DNA of 64,000 bases from an uncultured Hyphomicrobiales bacterium (GTDB lineage: Bacteria; Bacteroidota; Ignavibacteria; Kapaibacteriales; UBA2268). The translations under genes were made by a program, and so were the position numbers. The stretch spans positions 44,882 through 108,881 of the forward strand of contig CAZDXB010000007.1 of NCBI GenBank assembly GCA_964509335.1. Direction: 5' to 3'. The first letter of the stretch is position 1, and the number at the start of each line of letters is the position of its first letter. The notes beneath the pieces were generated by a model that searched no databases, was not told the DNA's origin, and saw only the letters and a program-made list of their open reading frames with translations. This document shows positions 17,595-25,460 of this stretch, in pieces.

Positions 17595-19625
17595 ATGAAA
17601 CGCTTAATACTGTCGCTTTTTATACTCGCTCTGGCGGCTACTCAGCTTGACGCCGGTCCTTACGACTCGACTCGCTACCGCTTCGGCGTCTGGGGCGATT
17701 ATTATATGAACTTCCACTATCCAAAGCTGAATCATATCGAGGGAATAACCGCTCAGCCGGCGGATTTTTCTTCTCTGCCTTGGCTCGGCTACGCCGGAGG
17801 CGTCGTGTTTGAGTACCCTCTGCTGAACGATTTCCTAATTTCGTTTAAGTTGGGACATTACGCCAAAAACGGCATCGTAGTTTTAGAAAGCGCGTCCGAC
17901 CAAACTATTTACTCTTATCTAAATATTGTCGGTCTGGAGCCGACTTTTAAATATCGGCTTTTTGACGAGTTCTATTTCAATTTCGGCTATACCATAGGCG
18001 TTTTATACGACGCGAAGTATAAATTGGATTTAGGCTACAAAGGAATCGACTTAATCGACGGGGAATTCAACAACGCTTATCCGCTCTACGCGGATATAGC
18101 GGCGGGATTCGGCTACGATATATTTTTCAACGACAGGAGGACTTTTTTAATAACGCCCGAAGTTTCTTATTCGGTGGGTCTGACGGACGTCAGCGAAGAC
18201 GGATACTGGAAAGTCAACTCGTTTAGAGCGGGGCTCTCTTTTAAATATTCTCCCGCGCCTACGATTTACGCGACGAGAGAGAGATTCCACATCGACACGG
18301 TTGAGAAAAAATCAATTGAGTACATAGTTGAAACGATTGAACCGGGAGTAGCCGATTTCGAGAAAAGAATAGTCGAGCGCGGCGACTCGGTCCTGACTAT
18401 TTGGGACGTTTACCGAACCGACACTTTATTCGTTCCGAAACCGACGACCGCCGCGACTATGGAAGTTTACGGCAAATTGCTTTCGGGAGAGTTAACGCCC
18501 GTTAATTCGATACTAATTAAAACCAGACAGCTTAAAGAGGTTTTTCCTTTGCTCATCCAGATATTCTTCGATTCCAAATCGACTAATATACCAAGCAGAT
18601 ACGAGTTTGTTGAGAACAAAGATTATTTCGATATTGAGGAACTAAATCCAAATCCTTTATCTTATCATAAGAATCTTCTGAATATAATCGGCTACAGAAT
18701 GGAGCAAAAGACGGGAACGGAGATTAACTTAATAGGGTTTGCCGACCCAAACACGGAAGAAAATCTCTGCCCTCTGGCAAACAAAAGAGCGGAGAAAATA
18801 GCGGCTTATTTGAATGAAATTTTGGGAATCGACAAGAGCAGAATTATTCCCGAGAAACAAAAGAAAAACTGCTATCCCGCCGACGCTTTTAAAATAAACA
18901 ATTTAGATTACTTCGCGGAAAACCGGAACGTTAGTCTTTACGGTTCGGTTAGCGCTTTGAAACCGATAGAATTAGGCTTTCGCAAAGAAGCTTTGACAGT
19001 CGCGCCGGAAGAAATTATATTCGACTTCTCGGCGAGCGATTTTTCCCAAATTGATTACTGGAACTTTAAACTGAAGCAAGGCGATTTTGTTTTCTACGAC
19101 ATAAAAGGCGACGGAGAGACGAAAAAGATAAAATACGCTTTCCAAAAAGAATTGGTGGAATATTTGGACTTTGACCGACCGATAACCGCGGAGTTTTACG
19201 CTTTCAACGAGCGGGGAGAATACACTTCGGCGACGAAGTCGCTTAATCTGGTTATTGATTCTATAAATCAAAAAGTAACGTCGTTAAAATTCGTTTTATT
19301 CGATTACGGCGAGAGCGATTTGACGGAAAAAGCTAAAACGCTAATCGGCTTGTATTGGAACGACATACAACGAGCCGAACATATTACTATAAAAGGATAC
19401 GCCGATAAATACGAACGGCAATTCGAATCCGGCTTTTTGCCATTGGAAAGAGCTTTGAACGCCGCTTATTATATTCGCCAGAAACTGCCGACCGCGGTCG
19501 TAAAAGAAGCCGTCGCCGGCGACGAGAAACAGCCCGACTGGATAGATTCGCAAGACCTGCCGGAAGAGCGCAAATTATCCAGAACCGTCGAAATCCGTCT
19601 TTTTTATACTATAGATGGATTGTAG
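17595..19625 (+). CDS. Outer-membrane protein with N-terminal beta-barrel-like region and two OmpA-like peptidoglycan-binding domains
   Basis: ATG 17595 gives signal peptide MKRLILSLFILALAATQLDA; the track start 17574 is GTG. INLIGFADPNTEENLCPLANKRAEKIAAYL and ITIKGYADKYE...LERALNAAYYIRQKL resemble OmpA-C-like domain cores (G.[TA]D..G....N..LS..RA..V). Confidence 0.55.
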   Translation: MKRLILSLFILALAATQLDAGPYDSTRYRFGVWGDYYMNFHYPKLNHIEGITAQPADFSSLPWLGYAGGVVFEYPLLNDFLISFKLGHYAKNGIVVLESASDQTIYSYLNIVGLEPTFKYRLFDEFYFNFGYTIGVLYDAKYKLDLGYKGIDLIDGEFNNAYPLYADIAAGFGYDIFFNDRRTFLITPEVSYSVGLTDVSEDGYWKVNSFRAGLSFKYSPAPTIYATRERFHIDTVEKKSIEYIVETIEPGVADFEKRIVERGDSVLTIWDVYRTDTLFVPKPTTAATMEVYGKLLSGELTPVNSILIKTRQLKEVFPLLIQIFFDSKSTNIPSRYEFVENKDYFDIEELNPNPLSYHKNLLNIIGYRMEQKTGTEINLIGFADPNTEENLCPLANKRAEKIAAYLNEILGIDKSRIIPEKQKKNCYPADAFKINNLDYFAENRNVSLYGSVSALKPIELGFRKEALTVAPEEIIFDFSASDFSQIDYWNFKLKQGDFVFYDIKGDGETKKIKYAFQKELVEYLDFDRPITAEFYAFNERGEYTSATKSLNLVIDSINQKVTSLKFVLFDYGESDLTEKAKTLIGLYWNDIQRAEHITIKGYADKYERQFESGFLPLERALNAAYYIRQKLPTAVVKEAVAGDEKQPDWIDSQDLPEERKLSRTVEIRLFYTIDGL

Positions 19626-19697
19626 AGTTGTTTTTATTATATCTCCGTTCTGAAAGAAGTATTCATAAATTTTCATTTGGAATTACGCGTAATATTG

Positions 19698-19711
19698 CGT
19701 ATAATTATACG
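19698..19711. promoter_or_regulatory. Perfect 14-bp palindrome CGTATAATTATACG embedded in direct repeats GCGTAATATT / ACGTAATATT, 30 bp upstream of the Phd-like antitoxin; candidate autoregulatory operator/-10 region
   Basis: Read from 19685-19725: ACGCGTAATATTGCGTATAATTATACGTAATATTATTCGC. It contains TATAAT. Confidence 0.45.
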
Positions 19712-19742
19712 TAATATTATTCGCAAGATATAAGGAAGTAAA

Positions 19743-20033
19743 ATGATAACATACGCAAAAGACGAATTGGTCTCCGCTTCTAAACTGGGGCGGAAACTGG
19801 GTAGCATCCTTAAAAGGCTTAGGGAAAAGAAAATAAAGAAAGTGGGCGTATTGAGAAACAACAATCTCGAAGCGGCTCTTATCCCGATAGAAGAATACGA
19901 AAGGCTGTTGGAGATAGTCGAGCATATTGAAACGGCAAAACAGATAGAGGAACGCGAAAAAACAGATTTGAAAGAAGCCGTCAGTATGGAAGATTTGGCT
20001 AAAGAAAATGGGATAGATATTGATGAGTTATGA
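19743..20033 (+). CDS. Phd/YefM-family type II antitoxin
   Basis: 96 aa. MITYAKDELVSASKLGRKLGSILKRL...VLRNNNLEAALIPIEEYERLLEIVEHIE matches the Phd/YefM N-terminal fold and its IP.EEYE..LE motif. Its end overlaps the start of a toxin remnant. Confidence 0.7.
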   Translation: MITYAKDELVSASKLGRKLGSILKRLREKKIKKVGVLRNNNLEAALIPIEEYERLLEIVEHIETAKQIEEREKTDLKEAVSMEDLAKENGIDIDEL

Positions 20034-20190
20034 AGTTTTATTCCATCCTGAAGCGAATTATAAAAAGCTTATCAAAGAAAAAGCAGAGATAATTTTTGAA
20101 TAAGAATCCTTCTCCGCCCTAAAGGACGGAGATAGCGAGTTGTTCATCCGAATTGGAGCGTTTTAGAAATAGCTTATCAAGTCTTCTTTC
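20023..20190 (+). pseudogene. Decayed RelE/ParE-family toxin gene (in-frame stops)
   Basis: ATG at 20023 overlaps the antitoxin stop, a classic TA junction. MSYEVLFHPEANYKKLIKEKAEIIFE resembles a RelE/ParE N-terminus but ends at TAA 20101. The same frame continues ...SELFIRIGAF, resembling the RelE core ELR[IV]GDYR, before a TAG. Confidence 0.4.
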
Positions 20191-20234
20191 CTTATTTTAG
20201 CGCTTTTGTTGTTTACATAAAAGCGAGGAGAAAT

Positions 20235-21140
20235 TTGAAAGCTTGGAAAGCGGAATTGGCTTTGTTGTTCGTTACAAGCGTTTGGGGCGGGACTTTCATA
20301 TTCACTAAGCTCGGTCTCGGCGACGCTTCGCCTTCGCTATATCTTTTTTTCCGCTTCTTAATCGCTTTTGTCATATCTTTGGCGCTCTTCCGCAAAAAAA
20401 TAACGAAAATTAACAGAGACACGTTATTCAAAGGCGTCGTTTTAGGTCTGTTCTTCGGCGGCGGCTTTTTGCTGCAAACGTTGGGACTAAAATACACCAT
20501 AGTTACCAAATCCGCTTTTATCACCGGACTATCGGTTGTTTTGACGCCGTTCGTCTTTTGGCTTTTGAAGCGAAAGAAAGTTCAACTGGGACCGAAAATC
20601 GGCGTTATCGTCGCGGCAATAGGACTATGGATTTTTACCAATCCGCGCTTCGGCTCGATTAATATCGGCGATATGATTACTATAGTATCAACTTTTTTCT
20701 GGGCGTTTTATATTGTTTATATGGACACATTCACGAAAGGCAAAGAGTCCTTCGACGAAACGGTGCAACTCGTTTTCCTTCAAATAACGACGACTATGAT
20801 AATCGCGGCGCTCGGCGCTTTCGCTATCGACGGGGCAAGCGTTAGAATAGAATTCACGAGCTTCCTGATTATCTCGCTCGCTTACAACGGCATACTAGCT
20901 TCCTTCGTCTTGACGTTTATTCATACCAGCTTCCAAAGATATACTACGCCCGTAAAGGCGGCTTTGATATTCTCGTTGGAGCCGGTCTTCGCGGCGTTCT
21001 TCGCAGTTTTGGCGATGCAAGAAATCCTATCGGTCAGAGGCTATATCGGAGCCGCGGTATTGTTCTTGGGCGTTTTAATCGCGGAGTTGGGAGAACCTTT
21101 GGCTATGCGCTTCAATAGGAAAATCAAAGCGGGAGAGTAG
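20235..21140 (+). CDS. DMT-superfamily transporter (two EamA domains)
   Basis: TTG start 20235 with a GAGGAG RBS 5 nt upstream. 10 TM helices in two halves. Composition is typical of EamA/RhaT drug-metabolite transporters. Confidence 0.75.
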   Translation: MKAWKAELALLFVTSVWGGTFIFTKLGLGDASPSLYLFFRFLIAFVISLALFRKKITKINRDTLFKGVVLGLFFGGGFLLQTLGLKYTIVTKSAFITGLSVVLTPFVFWLLKRKKVQLGPKIGVIVAAIGLWIFTNPRFGSINIGDMITIVSTFFWAFYIVYMDTFTKGKESFDETVQLVFLQITTTMIIAALGAFAIDGASVRIEFTSFLIISLAYNGILASFVLTFIHTSFQRYTTPVKAALIFSLEPVFAAFFAVLAMQEILSVRGYIGAAVLFLGVLIAELGEPLAMRFNRKIKAGE

Positions 21141-21158
21141 GGGATAAATAATCTTATT

Positions 21159-21190
21159 CTCATTCCAAAATTTCAATTTCGGAATGAGGG
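21159..21190. repeat. Hairpin repeat family 2 copy (CTCATTCCAAAATTTCAATTTCGGAATGAGGGG)
   Basis: Imperfect palindrome between the convergent DMT transporter and S24 peptidase genes. Confidence 0.65.
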
Positions 21191-21231
21191 GAATACCGGT
21201 GAAAATACGCTTTTCCTTAAAAGACACGGGG

Positions 21232-21660
21232 TTACAAATCTTTGATAACGTGCTTGACGACGCCTTGAATTTCGAAACGCCAGAACGGTTTTATTTCGAT
21301 TGGAAGGAAGTTTTTGTTCGCGGAGAAGAGGTATATAGCGCCGTCGATTACTCTAAGCGTTTTTACGGCTAACTCGCCGTTTACGGCGGCGATAACGACT
21401 TTTCCGTTTTTGGGTTCTTCGCTCGAATCGACCACTAGAATATCGCCGGCGTCTATTCCTTCCTCTATCATACTGTCGCCGACCACTCTGACCAGATAGG
21501 TGTTTTTTGGATTTGGCGTCAAATACGCTTTGAGGTCTATTTTTCTTATTCCGCTACCGTTCTTCTTAGCTAATCCGAGCGGTATAGCGGTTTTATAGAC
21601 TTCTGTCTCAAAGGCGTACTTAGCGCTCACCTTTATCGTTTTGTCTATTTTTGTTCCCAT
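21232..21660 (-). CDS. UmuD/LexA-like S24 peptidase domain protein (no DNA-binding domain); Ser/Lys dyad intact
   Basis: 142 aa. VVGDSMIEEGIDAGDILVVD holds the Ser nucleophile and NGELAVKTLRVI the Lys of the S24 dyad. No N-terminal wHTH. Leu-Gly sits where the Ala/Cys-Gly cleavage site is expected. Confidence 0.75.
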   Translation of the reverse strand: MGTKIDKTIKVSAKYAFETEVYKTAIPLGLAKKNGSGIRKIDLKAYLTPNPKNTYLVRVVGDSMIEEGIDAGDILVVDSSEEPKNGKVVIAAVNGELAVKTLRVIDGAIYLFSANKNFLPIEIKPFWRFEIQGVVKHVIKDL

Positions 21661-21663
21661 AAG

Positions 21664-22089
21664 CTAAAGCGAATGAATTACTTTTGTTACAAGCCCGAGT
21701 ATTTCGAATTTGACGTAGGGATTGATTTCCATAGGCAGAAATTGATTGTTAGTCGATTGAAGAAAAGCTTCTCCGTCGAAGACCCTATAGACTTTCAACG
21801 TCAATTCCTCGTTGCATCGCGCTACGACAATTTTGCCGTCTTTAGGTTCGAGCGACGAGTCGAATATAACCAAATCGTCGTCTCGGACGCCCAAATCCGC
21901 CATAGCGTCGCCGCAGACTTTTGCGAAAAAAGTCGCCGCCGGATGTTTGACGAGAAATTCGTTAATGTCAACCTCTTCGTCCTTCTCGCTGCCGACCGAA
22001 ACAGGCGTTCCGGCGGAAACGGACATAGAATAAAGAGGCGCTTTCTCGCCCGCTCCCGGCTCTAAAGCGAAAACTTCTTTTAGTTCCAT
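21664..22089 (-). CDS. UmuD-like S24-fold paralog with nucleophile Ser replaced by Ala (GDAM) but a canonical Ala-Gly cleavage site
   Basis: 141 aa. VCGDAMADLGVRDDDLVIFD aligns with GDSM of the neighbour but is S->A. The Lys is retained (EELTLKVYRV). VSAGTP places Ala-Gly exactly 35 residues upstream, as in UmuD/LexA. Confidence 0.7.
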   Translation of the reverse strand: MELKEVFALEPGAGEKAPLYSMSVSAGTPVSVGSEKDEEVDINEFLVKHPAATFFAKVCGDAMADLGVRDDDLVIFDSSLEPKDGKIVVARCNEELTLKVYRVFDGEAFLQSTNNQFLPMEINPYVKFEILGLVTKVIHSL

Positions 22090-22198
22090 ATGTCTTTTAA
22101 AGTATTTATTTAGAATTCCCCCCGAAAGTTTGAGCTAATATAAGGGAAATTCCTCAAAATTCCTAACAATTCTTGTTTTCTATCCTTATCTTGCGATT

Positions 22199-22696
22199 AT
22201 GACGAAGACAAAAAAAGTAATTATATATACGGACGGCTCAAGTTTAGGCAACCCGGGACCGGGTGGTTGGGCGGCGGTTCTAATTTACGGACCGAAGCGC
22301 AAGGAGATTAGCGGCGGTTTTCGCTCGACCACCAATAACAGAATGGAGCTTTACGCGGCTATTCGCGGCTTGGAAGCGATTAAGCGAAGCGACAAATGGA
22401 CGATTGAATTGCACACCGATTCGCGCTACTTAGCCGACGCCGTCAACAAAGGCTGGCTGGAAAGCTGGCGAAGACGCGGCTGGAAAAGAAAAAGCGGCGA
22501 AATCCTGAATTTGGACTTATGGAAAAGATTTTGGAAAGCTTACGAGGCGAGAAAAATGGAAATCGTTTGGGAGCGGGGGCATTCCGGCGTAAAAGAAAAC
22601 GAACGCTGCGACGAGTTAGCCAAGAAAGCCGCCCAAGAGCCAAATTTGCCTCGAGATGAAGAGTATGAGAGGTATTATGGGAATAAAAAGGGATGA
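22199..22696 (+). CDS. rnhA: Ribonuclease HI
   Basis: IYTDGSSLGNPGPGGWAAVL, ...NNRMEL..., HTDSRYL and GHSG..ENERCDELAKKAA are canonical RNase H catalytic DEDD-context motifs. Confidence 0.9.
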   Translation: MTKTKKVIIYTDGSSLGNPGPGGWAAVLIYGPKRKEISGGFRSTTNNRMELYAAIRGLEAIKRSDKWTIELHTDSRYLADAVNKGWLESWRRRGWKRKSGEILNLDLWKRFWKAYEARKMEIVWERGHSGVKENERCDELAKKAAQEPNLPRDEEYERYYGNKKG

Positions 22697-22705
22697 GGAT
22701 TTAAT

Positions 22706-23635
22706 TTAGTAGGAGTTTTGGGCGACTTCTTCTGCAAATAACGATTTTTGAGCAATTGTATCGTCTTCTCCGTGATTGTGATCTTTAATATTTTTGTCCA
22801 ATTCAAAATTACATACTAAAGCTTCTACTATTCTATTTCTATTTTCAATTTTACCGCCCGAATGATAGAAATGGTCTCTTGTGATTATGTTGAAATTGTC
22901 CCAATATTTATTTATCATTTCGTTGTTACGGAAGTCGTTGTGATGCCAAGTAGAAAGGATAAAATAAGCGTCCGTCTCTTTTAATTGGTTGAACAATAAT
23001 TCTTCTTCCTTTTCGGACCAGCCGTTGTAATAATCTACATAACGTCCGAGATACGGAGGATCGCAATATATAATATCGCCCTTTCTAGCCTTAGGTATAA
23101 CTTTATGAAATTGCTCGTTCAGAAATATCCATTCCTTTCCAATTCTTCTCTTTGCTTTATAGGCTTGATTTACAATTTTAGTAATGTAAGATTTCGAAAA
23201 TCTATTTGGTTTTTTACAAAACGGTATATTCCATTCCCCTTTTTTATTGAATCTCATCATTCCGTTAAATGCGGCTCTAGAAAGAAAAATGAAATCTAAC
23301 GACGACCCTTCTTCGTTAAATCTATTTTTAACGAATCTGTAATGAACGTAGCCGTCTTCTTTTGCGTTTCTTAAATTCTCGCCTTCTTTTTTTAAGTATA
23401 TCCTCACGGTTTCAGGAGTTATGTCGTTGTTTTGTAGCTCTTTGTAGAACTTTATGATATGAGGATTTATATCGTTTAGTATTGCTTTCTCAAAATTCAA
23501 ATTTAGAGCGACAACTCCGGTTCCCAAAAAAGGTTCTACCCAACGTCCGCTTGAACTTGGAGCAATCGATTTTATCCACGGGACTAATTTTGTTTTAATA
23601 CCCTGGCTTTTTATAGGCGGCACGCAAACTTTCAT
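22706..23635 (-). CDS. Dam-family (alpha-class) N6-adenine DNA methyltransferase, M.EcoRV-like
   Basis: N-terminal motif PPIKSQGIKTKLVPWI (AdoMet/Dam K.QG.K motif) and catalytic DPPY (IIYCDPPYLGR). Overlaps the start of the adjacent EcoRV-like endonuclease by 4 nt. Confidence 0.85.
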   Translation of the reverse strand: MKVCVPPIKSQGIKTKLVPWIKSIAPSSSGRWVEPFLGTGVVALNLNFEKAILNDINPHIIKFYKELQNNDITPETVRIYLKKEGENLRNAKEDGYVHYRFVKNRFNEEGSSLDFIFLSRAAFNGMMRFNKKGEWNIPFCKKPNRFSKSYITKIVNQAYKAKRRIGKEWIFLNEQFHKVIPKARKGDIIYCDPPYLGRYVDYYNGWSEKEEELLFNQLKETDAYFILSTWHHNDFRNNEMINKYWDNFNIITRDHFYHSGGKIENRNRIVEALVCNFELDKNIKDHNHGEDDTIAQKSLFAEEVAQNSY

Positions 23636-24555
23636 AACGTTTTCTTTCTTTTTTTAGCTCCTTTTAATATAACTTTTTTGAATAAATCTTTTCTTCCTTT
23701 GAACTCTAAAAAATCCCAAATATTAGTAATTTTTACCGTCTTGTCTTTTTTAACCATAGTGGCTTCTCCATAGTTCATCCAGTATTCGTCAAACCATTCC
23801 TCGCCTAAATTACTGAATACGCCATTTTCATTTTTCAAATCTTTAATGTCCTTAATAGAACCAATATTTGCAGTATTGCCCGACCCTCTACTATCGCTTG
23901 CTATTTTCCATTTTTCCGCTACGAAAAAGTCAAAATCTTTAATTATGGAAGTTAAGGAAACCAATTTATCGACAGTTCTAATTCGCTTTTTATTAAAGGA
24001 GTTTCTAAACTCTTCTTTGCATTCGTTCAGCTCTTTAACGCGATAAATTTCAGTTTCTCCAAGTTTATCGGAATAATCAATTTTCGAATAAATAATACCT
24101 AAACAATAATGCCCAAGATATTGATTATATGGAAATTGTATGTTCTTATCTTTATTCCTTTCTTTGAAATAACCGCCGTGGCTCCCTAACGTGAAGCCTG
24201 CGGTCTTGTCGTTTCGTCTGTAAGTAGTTTTTAGATCTAATGCAAACTTAACGTCGTCGTTGTTCTTATAAATGAACGTTAAATCAGGATAGTAATTCTG
24301 TTTTTCCGCTAGTATAATTTTGTAATCATTTTCTTCCGCAAATTTTAAAATCAACGGGAAAATGTGGGTTTCAAGGATTTTCGATACAATTTTTGTATCC
24401 GGCGATATCGTATATATATTCTTATAAATATCTATAAATCCTTTAATCGTCCAGCTACCGTCGTCCGAAGAAACATAATCCTTGAGTTCTAATACAAATT
24501 TTTTTAGATTGTTTGAAAATTCTCTTTTATACTTTTTCTTTTCCAATAATTTCAT
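23632..24555 (-). CDS. Type II restriction endonuclease, EcoRV family (predicted GATATC specificity)
   Basis: From recall of R.EcoRV, collinear matches include: DTKIVSKILE (EcoRV DTKVLSTIFE); AEKQNYYPDLTF (EPKQQNHYPDFTL, Asp74 region); ALDLKTTY (AIDIKTTY, Asp90/Lys92); FTLGSHGGYF; QFPYNQYLGHYCLGIIYS (VYPFDQYIAHWIIGYVYT); KWKIASDSRGSGNTANIGSI (KWVIAGDLAGSGNTTNIGSI); WFDEYWMNY (FLDYWRNY). Confidence 0.8.
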   Translation of the reverse strand: MKLLEKKKYKREFSNNLKKFVLELKDYVSSDDGSWTIKGFIDIYKNIYTISPDTKIVSKILETHIFPLILKFAEENDYKIILAEKQNYYPDLTFIYKNNDDVKFALDLKTTYRRNDKTAGFTLGSHGGYFKERNKDKNIQFPYNQYLGHYCLGIIYSKIDYSDKLGETEIYRVKELNECKEEFRNSFNKKRIRTVDKLVSLTSIIKDFDFFVAEKWKIASDSRGSGNTANIGSIKDIKDLKNENGVFSNLGEEWFDEYWMNYGEATMVKKDKTVKITNIWDFLEFKGRKDLFKKVILKGAKKRKKTL

Positions 24556-24732
24556 TTTTTTCGTTTAGTGATTTTTGATAATCAGATATTATAAAATATT
24601 TGAGTCATTTACAAATAAAAATAATAATTGTCTTATCAAGTAAAAAGGACGAACGATTCCGTCCGTCCCTTTAAATTATGAAGTCAACTTGTTTGAATTT
24701 GTATTGATTGTGTCGCTTAATTCCTGACTTCG

Positions 24733-25347
24733 CTAGAACTTGCCGAATTTAAAGGCGCAGTTAATCGATAATCCGCTAAAATCGGCGTCGCTCGAATGCG
24801 GAATGTTTAATCCGCCGATAAATCTATAGCTCGCGCCCACTTCCATTCGAAAGAACTTCAGGAAATTGATTTCGGCGCCAATTCCCGGCTCGAATATGAA
24901 GAAACCGGACGATTCGTATTCTCCGTCAATATCTTCTTCCATTAAGTCTAGTTCCGGCGTATAGCTTAGTCCGCCGCCGCCTATTAGCGACGACATTATT
25001 ATATGCACGACTTTGTTAGGCTTGTAGGCGTATTGCAGATATAAACCGCCCCAACCGGCTCTGGCGTAATAATTTGTATCTACGTCTTCTTTGTAGCCTT
25101 CGACTAACGGACTAGAAACCAGACCGTAACCGCCGCCGCCGATGGAAAAGGAGTGGTCGATTATCCAGCCGCCTCTTCCGCCGATTAAAATGGCGTTATG
25201 GTCGAAAAGTCTCGAATATTTCATTTCAAGAGCGCCGTAACCGCCGTGAGTTACGTCTTCGCCGCCAAAAATTGTTTCTGCCTTATCTTTAGCAAGCGCT
25301 TGCGTAGCTATTAATAACGCGATTAGGACTAAAAATTTTGACTTCAT
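24733..25347 (-). CDS. Small secreted beta-barrel-like outer-membrane protein (hypothetical)
   Basis: Signal peptide MKSKFLVLIALLIATQALA, with the start probably at the internal Met. Gly/aromatic-rich alternating pattern. Ends ...CAFKFGKF with an aromatic terminal residue. Confidence 0.4.
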   Translation of the reverse strand: MKSKFLVLIALLIATQALAKDKAETIFGGEDVTHGGYGALEMKYSRLFDHNAILIGGRGGWIIDHSFSIGGGGYGLVSSPLVEGYKEDVDTNYYARAGWGGLYLQYAYKPNKVVHIIMSSLIGGGGLSYTPELDLMEEDIDGEYESSGFFIFEPGIGAEINFLKFFRMEVGASYRFIGGLNIPHSSDADFSGLSINCAFKFGKF

Positions 25348-25460
25348 TATCCTTTCTCCCAACTTTTATTTCACATAATCCAAACTCATCTAATCGAAAT
25401 AAATTTCTTATTTTTGATATTCTACGAATTGCAATTGTATTTGTTTCATAAATTAATGTT

